Below, piece after piece: positions 1 to 13,900 of a DNA stretch of 64,000 nucleotides. The notes beneath the pieces were generated by a model. The model saw nothing but the letters and a program-made list of their open reading frames with translations, did no database searches and was not told where the DNA came from. A program made the translations under genes and the position numbers. How positions within the stretch are numbered: position 1 is the first letter of the stretch; each line of letters opens with the position of its first letter. This stretch comes from Phoronis australis (taxonomy: Eukaryota; Animalia; Phoronida). The DNA is taken from positions 1 to 64,000 of the forward strand of contig NMRA01000800.1 of the NCBI GenBank assembly GCA_002633005.1, in the 5' to 3' direction.

Positions 1-1775
1 GGCGAAAGTGCAAGCTCTTGAAAATAACAATCTCTCAAAACTGCGATAAATTTAAAGTAAAGCATTATGCTATCATAATGCCGTGTAACGGTTACGGTAC
101 CGCTCCGTTGCCAATGAACGTCTGTGAGGAATCATCGATGTCTAATTATATGACCAATACACAACACATTTTGCGAAAGCTAACAACTTCAAGAAGCCAG
201 TCCCTCGAAAAATAATCCCCCTAGGTGCGTGTTTGGCTGTGAAACCCGTTGCATCTTTTTCGGAATGACAACTTAACTTACCATCACGACTGATGAAGGG
301 ATACATCAAGAAGAAAATCGCTAAATACTTCACTGTATTCATTTTCAAATCTAGTTACAGAAGATATGAAGCGAGTCTTTGTGTGCACATTTTGTTCTGA
401 AGCATACAAGGAAGCAAGGTGCGATATTTACATGTATGTATGCTCAAGGTGCATGTGGGCCAATAACTATTAATCGTGACGGCAATGGATTGTAGAAAAA
501 TTGATCTTGATCGATTGTGGGGATGTGACTTCCATTATGTAGTCAAACGCTTAATTTCCTAATTAATGAAGGGGTGAAGGGGGAGGGCTAGGATCACGGT
601 TCGTACGTGGAAAATTATCGATTTTATGAGTGACGGGAATTTCTTTAACATTCACAGGTCACAAAACCTTTTTGCTACCCACCCGTGGTCGCCCATTCTA
701 GATACTAATGCCCAATCCCTTACTCCGATCACCGCGATCCTGATTAACGTCCACGTTCATTGTTCACGTTAAAGGAGCATGCCACCCAAAAAAAACAACC
801 TAATTCGTATCAATTTAGATCGAGTAGTTCTACTCCATAACGACAAGTGCGGTTGCGTTACCTGACACCTAACGGCAGACGAAGGTATTGAAATTATCCA
901 AATACGTCATCGGTTTCGCACGCGTTCTGTACAGCAGTTCACAACAGGGGTTAGTGGTGTCACCTTATCGCTTGGAATCATCGTTTAGCACCAAAAAATC
1001 ATCAAACTTCGATGTAAAACCCTTAAAATACACAGAGTTCTTGCAAAAACGTGTTGTTTCTTTTCGCTCTTACGGATTTATTGATATTTGGACGTACCGT
1101 AGCAAAGTTCGGCAGGACAATAACAGGTCCGTAACAGGAGTTTGGGGTGTGTTCGGAGACAATTTCGAAGTATTTTCCGTGAGATACAGACAGGAGAACC
1201 TAGATCTATGTTGTTTAGACTTGTGATTTTCTGAGTTCTAAACACAAAACGCTTGTTATCCTGGCCAGTGGCTCGGAGCCCGATCAGGCCAATCGGGGCC
1301 GGCCGGAGTGACTCGCTATCCCGGCCAGGTCCTCGGAAACTGATCAGACATCACGAACAAACCAGCCAAAGTTCAGTGGAAACTAAACTTCCAGTCAAAA
1401 AAATACTATACTAGTGAGCCAAAGTAATATGCACGTGATTATGTTGGTGAATTAGCCACGAAACTGCAAATCTACTTACTCGTCGGGGGCCGCGAATTNA
1501 TTAGTTTTATTGCACCTAAAGCCGGTAAGGCAGTGATTTATTAATTGCTGGCTTCTCAAATCATTTTGTGCACTCACGAACACATTACACACACGAAGGC
1601 ATTACAAATTGCATCTAATGAGTTAGGCTTTGTTTCAGTTTTATATAAGTATTGGTTAGGGTGAGAATAATTCATTTTGAAACAGAACGCTCAGTAATAA
1701 ACGCCAACTTGGCAACTCGCAATCCCGACTTAGGACGAGCTAGAGCGGCTCATCAATCCCGACTTCGCAGGTGGA

Positions 1776-1915
1776 TTGTTAAGTTTTACAGGCTACCAAT
1801 TCGAACAGAAATACAGTGATGAAGAAATACTAGAGAGGCGCCGTGAACAAGCTCAGACAACGGAACGTATGAAGTTATTTGGTAAGCCGGCATTCGTGAG
1901 GCACTGTCGACGTCG
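1776..1915 (+). pseudogene. N-terminal remnant of the Kolobok accessory (KolX / P2X7-ballast-like) protein
   Basis: GYQFEQKYSDEEILERRRE resembles the YQFEP..SDEE start of these proteins. It is truncated where it meets the opposite-strand remnant. Confidence 0.45.
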
Positions 1916-2109
1916 TCTGCAGGCCACAGACACGGAGATGTTTCACGACCTCATACTTGCTATTTACAGCGTATATTTCATTCTTCACTACCATGAGCCA
2001 CTTCCTAAGCATTTTGGACTCTCGAGGAAATAAAAAAACGATATACTCGCTTTCCTCGCGGCTGCTTAGTTCGGACAAGCGGGAATGATACACCGCAACA
2101 TAGCGGCAT
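1916..2109 (-). pseudogene. Degenerate THAP zinc finger, N-terminus of Kolobok transposase
   Basis: FLFPRESKMLRKWLMVV...HLRVCGL matches the THAP pattern F-FP...W...RVC..HF. The start is frameshifted and the domain is truncated. Confidence 0.6.
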
Positions 2110-4342
2110 TCACTCTGCATATGAACCACTGACGTCGCTAGCGTCATTTCTCACCTTCCTCACAGGTTAACGCGACACCTCTTGGCACGGTAAGGTCGAC
2201 CGTATGCGAGGCGATGTGGAAATAGACCGATTAAGACGGCAAAGAAGACTAATTAAATCGGGTGGCTTTCTCCTTTAACTCCACGGTAAGCAAAAATCTG
2301 GAAATACAAATTATGGCCCATGGATATAAAAACGCCAGCTTCTCCTTCACGCACGGCAGAACGCTTCATGAAAAAGCACAGCCCATTCCGATTTAAAGGA
2401 ATGCAACCGTATCCGAGGTTACGTTTACGTGAAAATACAGATTTTTTGTTGTCTTAGAAATACATTTTCCATTTCAATTAGCAACGGGGTAAATTAAAAA
2501 GACGCCAATGCGTTCTCAATGACTGCACAAGGTAATTTGATATTGGTTAAATTGGTACATGTAACTCAAGACTAGCTAAGGCCAGATATAATGTATAACA
2601 GCGGTATCAACTCCAGCCTGAGACTGCAAAGAGTAACAAAGACTGTTGGGCTTCGGAACCGATGTAAAAAGAACATTTTGCTTACTGCTTTGGCAATCTT
2701 TGGTACAACTACGAGATGGGAAATGAAGTTGCCATTCTGGATATTTTCAAAGAGCGTTGTGCCGACATTGGCGACCGTAGCTAGCTTGCAGCCTTGTTAT
2801 CTACAAACAAATTGTAAAGACAACTTGCCATAGAGATGTTCGTCACAGTAATGCACGAATAAGCGTGATCGTTATCCATTTTTTTCAAAACTCGTCATCT
2901 GTTCGAAGGTAACACGAATTTCAGCATATGTTGTTCGTTCATATTTACAAACTACACTCTACATTCCATGCTTTTAATAGATTAAAATGTCATCAATCTT
3001 TGCTTTAAAGTCCTTCTCTCACGCGTTGTTAACCCTTATTAAATGGTAAGAAGATGTTATAAGGATCCAAGAAGTACCTACCCCATAACTAATGCACGAT
3101 CCGTACTCGAAAAAAGTTTAAATGAACGCGCCACTCACGATTCGCACCCGAAGAACCACCGCCATTTTGAACTTGCCGCGAACCCGAAAGTACAATTCAT
3201 TCAGGAACCCAGGCCGGGAAAACGNNNNNNNNNNNNNNNNNNNNNNNNNNNNNNCAGCCAGCAAACGGGGATAAAATAATCGACAGCGCGCCTTAATTTT
3301 AATAAAATCAAAATACGGACAATTTTATCGAATTTGGTGAAGAAATGTGGCGAATAAATTTTGACAAAAATTATTTTGCCAGACTCGGGACCGCAGCCTG
3401 TCGGACCTGGTGCGGATCGAGACCAGACAATGACGAACGGTAAATGCATGCGGTTGCAAGCTATTTGTTCGAAGTAAAATGGTAACGAGAGCGCTCGGAG
3501 GAGCGACACTTGGCGGAATTAATCGAAAAGACGACGATGGGTAGGACGACGACAATCAAGAGGATCAAGGCGGCAATTATGAATAACACGATAACATTGA
3601 TGTGACTAGCGAAGAAATCAAATAGAGAGCACACAATCAACTACAATAAAGAGCAATAGATGGCGCAACATGACGGACGAGCCATGTCTGTTCCCACATT
3701 CTAAAATAGGTGGCGCTATGTGACAGTCTGCAAAGCAAAGTTATGTTCACAATAAGTATTTGGCCTGGAATTGTACAGTCTACAAAGAGCTATTCCGCCA
3801 CAGTAGGACAGTGCTGCTGGGTCAGTCTGGGTCAACTAGGCATAACCAAAACAAAGTTAACTGAAAACCGGCCAGCTGGGTCCTTGCATAGGTGACCGAA
3901 TTGGAACAACGGTATCCGTAAATCTCGAATAATTAAAAAAGTAGACGTCGTAGCGCAAAATGGAAAATATCTTCGGAAAGCCCGTTCAAAATTCTATCTA
4001 AAGTGGTAGTTTGGCAAAAATCAAAAAAAAAAAAAAAATTTTCGAGAAAATTGAAAATTTGCCGGTTTCTTTTGAAATTCAAAGTCAAATAACTCGAAAA
4101 CGGAAAGTCTGAGAAATACGCTCCCGCAAACTTTTTGAAAGGCCATACTTCAAGGAATCCACATGCAAAAATTCACGTCATTTATATTTCATAGCACTGT
4201 TTACGCTCTTCTAATCTTGTAACGAAATATTTTGATAAAAAATTCAGGTTCATAGCTCAGGTACACACTCATCTCGGCCTGGCCAAACAGTTAGCTCCGG
4301 TAGGTCTAGGGCTGTGTCTAAGTAAAATTAATATCTGGAATT

Positions 4343-4656
4343 CAGTGGCGGATCTAGGATACCACAGGGGGGCCCAACATATGTTGCCTCGTGGAATTGG
4401 GCAAAGTGCGATTGTATGTGCACAGGCGGCCCGAAAGTTGCAGGGGCCAGGGATGTAGACCATTGGACCTTCTGTTCAGAAAATCTATCGGTGGACTAAA
4501 AAAACAGGAACACGACTCCGCTGCGATCTGGGCTCTGAGACCCCCCTCTTCCGCTACCGGTCCTAGTTACTGAACTCAAAATTTCCTCACGCTCTTGCTG
4601 TTTCATTTTGCTTGCGGCAGCCAATGGGGGGACCTGCCCCCCTAAATCCGCCTATG
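4343..4656. mobile_element. MITE with hAT-like termini
   Basis: Ends CAGTGGCGGATCTAGG and CCTAAATCCGCCTATG are inverted. GAATT flanks both sides, but there is no clean 8-bp TSD. Confidence 0.5.
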
Positions 4657-5989
4657 GAATTGTCCGTTTGCACCATTAAGACATTTAAATTAGGCCTACC
4701 TTATTACGAACTTGGCATTTTTTGTAGTTTCATTCATAAAGGTAGCTTTCATTTAATTTTGAAGGTAGCATGATCACTAAGTCGTGGTATGGTTACAAAA
4801 GATTACAAGTCTGGTGTGGTAGTTGCAAAAATAGGATATTTACAAAAATAACTCAAATTCTTTTTTAAAGCTTCATAAATCTAAATATCATGTTTGAACA
4901 ACTTCAAAGTGAACTCTCTCTAACTCTACAGACATAGTGTATACATGTACTAGAGGTACACGTCAAAAAGTAATTCAGCAGTTTATTTTTAGTGACAACA
5001 GCTCGACCAAGGCTTTGAGTTCCGGCAGTAATCCAGTGCCCTTCCCTGTGCATGCCGATCGAATCTCTGAATTTTGACCGGTAGAGAAGTTCAGTTGAAC
5101 GCCAGCTTACGGTTTATGAATAAAAAAATGTACTCTGATACGAAACGAAATAATGTCCATTAGGTTGACATAAATAAAAAAACATAAAATAAAAATGTCC
5201 TTGAAAACGACAATTTCCGGGGACTACCGCTAGAGTGCTGAGATCCAGCAGGTGCCGAGAAAAAGGCGGCCAGACGTAGCCAACTCGGGAGTCAAAATCT
5301 GAGATAGCCCTGCACCATAGCCACCAAGCTGAAAAGTGCGTATCTTGGAACTAATATATTTGTGTTTATAATAGCCTTCGAGTTATCAAGCAACATCGAT
5401 AAGTTCAGCTGCTCGTGTGGCCGTACAGTTTGATCTGACGCTTTTCAACATCATTTTTCGGTTTAGGACATGCCAAAAAACGACGGTATAATATTCTGGA
5501 GCAGCATAACGACACAGCACACGTCATATCAACACCTTTTCCCCATTCTTAGCGGACAATTTCTTGAGCTATAGACTAAAGTAAGTTTTACTCGACTGCG
5601 TGTGGTTTGTCGGGTAAAATGGCGGCTTGGAAACGCAGATAAATGTTTTTTGCCAAGAATGCTGCGTTCTGATTGGTCAATTAAGCCGTCCGTCATAATC
5701 CTGGCGATAGGTCAATTGTTGAGGTCTTTCTGAAGTCGGCAGCGTTGGGGGCACGAATGCGATGATAACTGCTTTTGAATGCTGTTGTGCAAATGTCGAT
5801 GATTCGACAAGTTTATTTTGACATGAACCAACGTTGATTAGAATTTACAGCAGAATCCTAAGTTGGATATCACCAAAGCAACTCCTAATTATTTTCACAC
5901 AAGAAATTTGTGTGTCGTGTCAGTTGGAAAAGTTATGTGCTTCCCAGTTTATTGAGCAAGTCTATGGGCAGACATTTATACAAAACATT

Positions 5990-6930
5990 TCTGAGGAATT
6001 GAATTACACTAAAGATGCTATTGCAAAGTGCGGTTATCCACGTTGTTCGTTCACCAAAGCGGAAAGATCAGAGAGGAGAAAAGTAAACACTCAGACAACC
6101 ACTACTGTGAGCTCTCCTACTCGGGTCGTGATTCCCTACGTCCAGAGTCTTTCTGACCGCCTCAAGAGGACTTTTAAACAGGATTGACGAAAAACAATCG
6201 ACGAAACTGGATTGAATTCACAACACTACTGGATAGATGGAACATAAACGACGGAACATCATGGAATTCACAAAACAGGATGGAATAAACAAAGCAGCTT
6301 TGGGTTCATGATATGGAACACACTACTGTGGATTGAATTGATGTAGATGCATTGAATGCTAAGACAAGATTGAATAGTCGTACCACTGGCATTAAATGGA
6401 ATTAAATATGAGTGCGAACTTTAAAATCAGCTCACACGTAAAAATGACATTGTATTATTCGATGATTCGGTTTATTATCTCCAAACCATTGTAAAGACAA
6501 ATGTTCACAATACACTACGAAGGTCGACTTACAGTTTAAAGAATAATTGAAGCTGTTGCTCCATGTTTGCAACTGTTAACAATTTTTAAAGCCGTTAACA
6601 GACTTTGCCAATGTCTGGGCTCAAAACACCATAGAGTATGTCTCAAGGAAGTGATATTGTGTATTAACAGACCTGTAGTGAACAGTTTTACATTGGAATA
6701 ACCAACAGGATTCTCAACATTAGAGTTACAGAACATTTTAAAGACACATGCAGTGCTGTTCTTGTCATTCATTGACCACTGGTCACACAATTGATAACTC
6801 TGGTGTTCAAAGTTTTGACAAGGATAATGACACCTTCAGGCTCCTCTTTAAAGAATCTTATTCATTTACATATGCAGCTGAATCACAGTGAATGCTATAT
6901 TAATAGAAACATTAGATCAATCAATGAGGT
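5990..6930 (+). mobile_element. Degenerate Penelope-like element fragment(s): RT C-terminus and GIY-YIG endonuclease
   Basis: AKCGYP...VVIPYVQSLSDRLKR at about 5990-6185. Frameshifted FYIGITNRILNIRVTEH...TGHTID...LLFKES...INRN at about 6650-6920. Confidence 0.7.
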
Positions 6931-7361
6931 AAATGTCTACCTCATTGGTTCACTTAAGCCCAACTGTTTTGAATTCAGGTCTCTCCCCTCACAATGCATT
7001 TTGAAATGTACCTCTGCAGACTCTTCTAGTGCTGTGTTACCTAACTGGAATATTGTGAACATTTGTCTTGAGAATGGTTTAGTGATTATAAACCGAAACT
7101 TCGATTAATACAATATCTGTTTAGATATGCGCTGCTTTTAAATCCTATAATCATTTTTTGGACAAAAAACAAATAGAACCGAATATAGTATTTGATGTTT
7201 TTTGGACAAAGGGCCGCCAGTAGGAACCTGTTGTTGGCTGGGAGAAATTTTACCCGTGACCGCAAGACAAAATGATGCCGTCTTCATCGTTCAGACATAC
7301 ATACATGTAGAATGCCTACAGTAGGTCTATATCAGACAAGCTTTTTGAGATTTCATTTTGA

Positions 7362-7392
7362 CCAATAATATCACACGGAAGTGGGTCACGTG
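7362..7392 (+). promoter_or_regulatory. Candidate Pol II promoter cluster (CCAAT, ETS CGGAAGTG, E-box GTCACGTG)
   Basis: Three motifs lie within 31 bp, about 1.2 kb upstream of the first ankyrin exon. Motif evidence only. Confidence 0.3.
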
Positions 7393-8571
7393 TTGCTGTA
7401 AATCTTGCTACATTTCACTGAAAGACAAAATCTCGAGGTCCACTCTGTGGCAGATTTGAACAAAGTGAAACGTCAAATTCAATAGACTTTCTACATTTAA
7501 ATACTATTATTGGGTTGAAATCTATAATTTGCAGTGGGCGTTTGGATAAATACACAGACTAGTCTGTAAGACCCTACATGATCTGAGCAAGAACTGAGAT
7601 TGGAGGTCCTCATGTTTTTCTAACACTTGTTTCTCATACTACTGGTGTTAACATTGTGGCATTGGTGTGAAACGAGTGAAATAAATCTGCCCAAAGTCTC
7701 TTAAGTAGTGCAGACTCAACTGTTTCCATGAAGGTTGTTTGACACAATTTGTCAAGAGTCCGTATTTAGCATCCATTCTTATAAAACATTGACCAATGAT
7801 TACACATTTGAATACAATTTTTATTTCAATTAATGTATTATTTGGTTAGAAATATGTTGATTTTATGTCGCCTTTTTAGTTTTGCGTTTGTTAATTGTGC
7901 ACGACATCTGATTTCAAAATCATGTCATACTAATTAATCCGCTAACCAAAGTATAGACATAGCGGTGAATTAATTTAAACATTAATTTTGAACTTATTTA
8001 TAAAGGAAGCTTCTAATCCCAGATTGCTGCCACCAACTAATCACATTCCGCAACTCAAAAACATTCGCCCTGCAGCATTGCAGTGGCACAAAATGAAAAA
8101 GACTCACATTTTTGAAGACGTCATAATATTGTATTTATGCGATGTTATGTTGCTGAAAACAAAATTCGTTGCCTCCTCACTTTTTGTGGAAAGAGCCAAA
8201 CCCTAACATGTTGATGAACCAAAATCAAGACGAACACGTTCATTTATGCGGACGTAAGGGAATGTTAAACACCCATTGTAACATAAAAGTGTCATCTTAT
8301 CAAAATAATCCGTTTTCAAAGGAACTTCAATCAATTCACACTTTGACACTGATGTGCATATTAGACACTGTATTACAGAAAAGATATCCCATCACCCCTT
8401 AAGTTTTTGCAAACATGTATTTGGCGAACATCCCGGTACAAAATGAAAAAGTTAAAAAATCAAGTAAAATTTTGTTAATCACCCATAAAATGCGTCCGCT
8501 GTTTAATGCTAACTTGATGTTATCCAACAAATATGTTTTTTTAACGCCTTTATGTATTATATATTCGACAG

Positions 8572-8667
8572 AGGGAATTCCCACTTCATCATGCAGCGGA
8601 ATTTGGGGACGTAGATGATCTGAAGTCGGAGCTTGGAAGAAATACCAACGTGAACGCACTGGATAAG
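8572..8667 (+). CDS. Ankyrin-repeat exon (phase 0-0)
   Basis: cag|...|gtacgg, 96 bp, translates REFPLHHAAEFGDVDDLKSELGRNTNVNALDK. Confidence 0.75.
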
Positions 8668-10009
8668 GTACGGCAGTCATTGAGTGACTGACTTGTTACA
8701 GAACTACTCCTGAAGCAATGATCTCTTTATTGAAATCTGCTTTAAACAAATATTTTTACAATTTCAGTATTGTTGAGCAGCAAACTTATTTCACCTCTGT
8801 GGTATTTATGGTTGAGCTATCAAACATATGCCTGAGTAGAAACGGTCGACATCTTTTCTGCATCTTCCGCAATTACCGAATTGTGGTTAGAGAGACCTGG
8901 ATGTACATGTAACTGGTCCATTGAATGGTTCATAATGCATCAAGGACACGTGATGTTAACACTTGGACATAATGTGAAAGGAGTGATATGTTTGTGTACA
9001 GCAACGTGTTGAGTATTTTTCTGAAATATTCAAGGTATCTCTCAGCCAAACTAATGTTAGATACTTGGTCTATTGTTCCTTCTGACAAAGATCCCATGTG
9101 ACAATTTGCCTATTTTTGGTTAAGCTAACCTGGGATCTTCAAAAATATTTTAAGGAATCAGACAACGTTTAAGACAATGCAAGCATTTCAAAATAATCTG
9201 AAATTTTAAATCCAATATTAGTTCCCTCCTTAATATTGAAAATAAAATAAACGGACACGCAGTTTTTGGATTTTTTTTTGTACATGTACCTGGATCAAAG
9301 ATTCCCTATTCATTCCAATGTGTGCTCTGATTTAACATTTGACTTTCATAGATTATACAAGCATATATCAGAAGAATAATATATACTGTACCTTGTACAG
9401 TGTGCCATAAACGTGCATGTCTATTGAGTACTTAAGATTTCGTAATATATCTACGGAACTCTTTAGTTTGACAGAACTAATTTTTTCTATGTTAGGAGTA
9501 ACGAGATCATTAGTTCAAAGTTTTTTACCATGTAATTAATACACAATATTTAATCATAATTTCACTTTCACGATCAACTAACCTTAGCCATTGAACTTCA
9601 AATTACATTGTAAAATGAGTTTCTAACTGTTCATGTACATGTACACCACAACTTTGACCTTTTTTACAATTACATGTATTTAATTTAAATTTTTTCACAA
9701 CTCCCAAAACATTGATACCACGATGTTAGTATAACGGTTTCTTGTGTGGTTTTGTGTTTTATAAACGTAACACAGAATAGTTTCCCATAGTCTTTCAAGA
9801 ATAAATTAAAAACTGGACCCAAGACCGCATGTGACTGATAATCAAGACCATCACAACATCACAACATCACAATTACACTATTATTTCTATAGCTTAGGCC
9901 CAGTGCTTTTTAAAATCGGTGCCATCCCCATGTACATCCTTGTTTAAAATTATCAACCTGTTGTCCTACCAGTTGCCAAACGTTTCCTTGTACTGTATTT
10001 TGAATTGGT

Positions 10010-10185
10010 GAGTACTATATTTTCTTTGTTCCGGTAGGCACAACTTGTTCTGTACACAGTACAAGCCAGAGGTGGTTGTGGTGCAGATAATGAGGATTTG
10101 GAAAATGGTTTTGTTGTTCTACACTGACAAAAATAATAAGTAATGCCTAACATCATGATTGTGATTGTCGAGACAAATGTAGCCA
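10010..10185 (+). repeat. Dispersed repeat, copy 1 of 3 (others at about 16895-17300 and 28590-28910)
   Basis: Shares GATAATGxGGATTTGGA with copy 2 and CATGATTGTGA with copies 2 and 3. Confidence 0.6.
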
Positions 10186-10911
10186 ACCACTCAGTAATAT
10201 CATTTTTTATCCGTGAGTAGAGGGAGTTGTCGCTCGTGCCTTTTTAAGAGGGTCGTAGGGTGAGGGGTTCAAGTGGGTTTTGGAACAATCACGCCTGGTT
10301 TGGACGAAAATTCTAAAAATAGTCGCACAAGACTCTTCTAAATTAAGTGATTGAAAATAGAAAATGGCTACGATAATACCCATCTCTTTTACACAGTGAT
10401 GCGTAGAGATAATGGCCAGATTCATACAAAGCTTATGATGTTCACAAACGGCACCCAGCCTGACAACATGGTATTATGCTGACTTGGTAGATTTAATGCA
10501 CCTGCAGTTAAACATGCACAAACCTTCTTTAACATTGTCACTCTGTAATTAACAACCGTTCAATGCTTTGTTGTTTAACCTCAGTTGTAAACATAAAAAA
10601 CGAAAGCAGGATTAACGTATAAGCCTACAATGGATTTCATGTTGTTATTTGGAGCTAAGGACGTTTTAGTTATATTTTATTGGTTGTTGGAGGTGATAAT
10701 TTCTGCCTGACCATGAAATCATTGAAATGATGTTTTGATCTGTAGGAAGCACGGTAGTGCTATTTGCATAACTTTTTTAATGTGACATTATCAGCCAGAA
10801 AACTTAGTTTGTGTGATTATACCCGTCAATGATTCGAATCCAAAGCTTAGTCCTTCCAGTTGAACATGCCGCTGGTTAAATGACTGATCATAATCCAACT
10901 GATGCATGATA

Positions 10912-13900
10912 CAGCACACATCACGAATTTTTGGCCGCCCGGTCGGAAATTGGTCGACGACTAGCCGTCGACCGGTCGTCTAATTTGCCGACCGGTCGGC
11001 TAAAAATTAGCCGACCGCCAGCCGCCCGCAGTGCCGACTCATAAGGCGACTCCCCAGCCGACCCTTCAGCCGACCCTTCAGCCGACCGGCCATCAGCCGA
11101 CCAGCTGGTCGGCTGCTATTTTTAGGCAAGAGTAGCAGTTGCGTAATAGGTTGTCAGGCTGATACCACTTTGCGTGTCGATGCATATTCGTCTTAGCACA
11201 GGGTCAAATAAATTAACCTAGTTTTACTGTCTCGGTTACATGAGTTCACGTCGGTTGTGTAATACCACTAATTCGAAGGTTGAAGGCAAGCGGTAATAGT
11301 AAACATTGGATTATGGACAATGCAACAAGTTTTGGATGAAAAACGTGAAAGTTTTCTTTACATTTGATCTTTAATTTGACTCGTGACGTTAACAAGATGT
11401 ATTAGATCGGTTGCTTCCCGGTCAATACAACGCTGTAGTCATTTTGTAAACGCAGCTATTTTAGCAGTCTTCGCCCGCAGTTGATTTCAAGTTGTTTGTG
11501 TAACGCCAAACTGCATCTTTTTGCGTTTTTTTAAGTTAGTCACCGGTCTCCTGTCACGCGCCCATGATGATGGATTAGTGAGTGAGTTCTTACACCGCGA
11601 AAAGCTCTCACTCCAGGGATTTTATTTTCATAGTATTGACCCTTGCAGTACAGACGCGAAATTCACGGTCCAGTATGCCCTAAACCCACGGACTTCGATG
11701 GCTCTAACTTCGAAATCATATTATGGTTACGATTTCCACGAACTAAGACGGTGACATCACCACTGTTGAGGCTACAGCAAAGTAGCCTTGCGCATTCCGT
11801 TTTCAGTGTATCGGTGACGTTAAAATCTGGGCTAGCAGTTACATGTATACACGTAGTCCCCTATCAGTTGGTCGTTCACGTTGTTCCAAAAATAAATATT
11901 TTCTGTCAACAACATATTGACAAATTATGCAAAATAAAACAATTGTGAACGGCAAGATGTGAATACGTGGTGAAGAGGTATTTGTCTCTACGCGGCATAT
12001 GTGCGTGAAACTTTGGTAAAGCGATTGCGATGGCAAAAAATGATAGAAAATACACAAAGGTGCACTTTTGAGAAGCAAAGCGTCTGGTGATCTTGACAGC
12101 GTACATGTATGATCTGGCCACCTCAGGTAGTAAGTGACGCTGAATGAGAAGTGGTAACTACATGTTTGGCGCGAAAATAAAAAAATCATGCTTGTATTGC
12201 CAGCCACCCCCCTCCCCGAATTTTGCACATTCTAATGAGTCACCACTCGAGATTTGGTTCCGTTTCAGTCCTAAAATCGCATAATAATTCTGTGCTCAGC
12301 TGTAAGAAAAAATACAATTTTTTGAAACGGTGCTCAGTCTTAATAAAGTTTCCAGCATGAGAGCGCTTTGATCAGAAATGCCAAGCACACGCAGAGTTGT
12401 AAGACAGAGACGTTGGCGTTTCCGTATGTCCACAAAAGTGCTTTGAGCAGTGTGTACAAATTTGTTCATTTCGCTTTTCTGCACTGACGACTATGATCAA
12501 CACGGTGTTTTAACTACACTTTTGAGTGCATTTTCAAAAATAAATGTTTGGTTGGTGAATTCAGCGAGTCGGTGCCCACGGGCAGGAAAACGTATCTGCG
12601 TAAATAAAGAGTTGCGTTTTCAAAACATTCAGAGCATGAGCTCAAGGACTACCTGAGACAGAAAATAAAACCGATTACCAAACAGAAACTTGTCCAATGA
12701 ATATATAGCTCTTGGAAAACTGTTACCCCGAAGAAATGTGCAAAATACGAACGTCGTTTACGAAAGATTGTACCAGAAGTGATTCGTTGCAGTGGAGCCG
12801 CACGGGATAGTAAAAACACTGTGCTGTGCACTAGTTACCTGAATGGAAAGCTGAAGCGGAAAAATCCAGAACACACATTTTCTATTCAGGAATTGAAATC
12901 TCTGTAGAATCAAAAACAATTGGCAACCAGGATTTATTGCGTTAGAAAACTTATCACGCCTGGAGAGAATTGTTTTCATGCCCGGAGACTACGTGATCAC
13001 CCATTATGCAATGATGACAATCCAGTGTGTACCTATACATTGGCATCTATTGTAAAACGTGGATTAGACGAAAGAAATTCAACCCCATTTCGAAGATAAT
13101 ATGTCTGTTGTCGGCGAGAGGTTGAACATATAGCCCTTGTTTAGTATAGTACGGACAGTATCACTTTGAAAGATCAATGCTTGGGGATGGTGACGTGGTG
13201 TTCTGGCGTGAAAGTTACTGACATGGTAAGTTTTTGAACCTGACTTATTAAATTTTCAGTTCGGTCGTATTTTATTTTGATCCTGAAGTGAAGAATTTTT
13301 GGTCCTCACTTGATAAATTATAGGTGCTGATGTGATAAATTTTCAGTCTTGACGTGGTGAATTTGGTCTTTATTTGCTCTTTGGTCTTCTGTGTGAAAAC
13401 AATCTCAATGTATTGGATTGTTTTAATTCCTGCTTAAGTAAAATGTCTGGTTTTGAGATATTTATTTTTGGTCCTGGAGAGTTTGCATGTTTTGCTTGGT
13501 TTTAATCATGCATAGAAAAGATATGTCGTTAAATGTTTCAAATTAGGCCTCCCATAAATGGGGGGAGAGCAGGTTGTGTAGCATCGTACTATGTAACTTC
13601 TAATATAAATCTAGGTGTTCGTGATTTAGTAATACTATGAAAAATGAGTAGTTATGACTATGAAAAATGAGTAGTTGAGGCTTCTTTTGAAATACTGTAT
13701 CCTTTGTATATGCCTGGTGTACATGGCTCAGTGTGATATTATCTAAGCTTTATTATCCTCTATGGCTTAACAACTATATATCTTCATTCATGCCTGTAAA
13801 AGAGGTACTCCCAGGATCATCAAGCATGTGTATGTTTTTATTCTAATGAGGCGTGCTTCGAATGTACAATTAGTAATTATACTTTTGCAGTGGTTCATAA

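Larger units (their letters stand above)
773..2274. mobile_element. Internally deleted Kolobok DNA transposon
   Basis: TTAA at 769-772 and 2275-2278 flank imperfect TIRs AGGAGCATGCCACCC / GGGTGGCTTTCTCCT. The interior holds remnants of two convergent ORFs, as in Kolobok. Confidence 0.75.
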
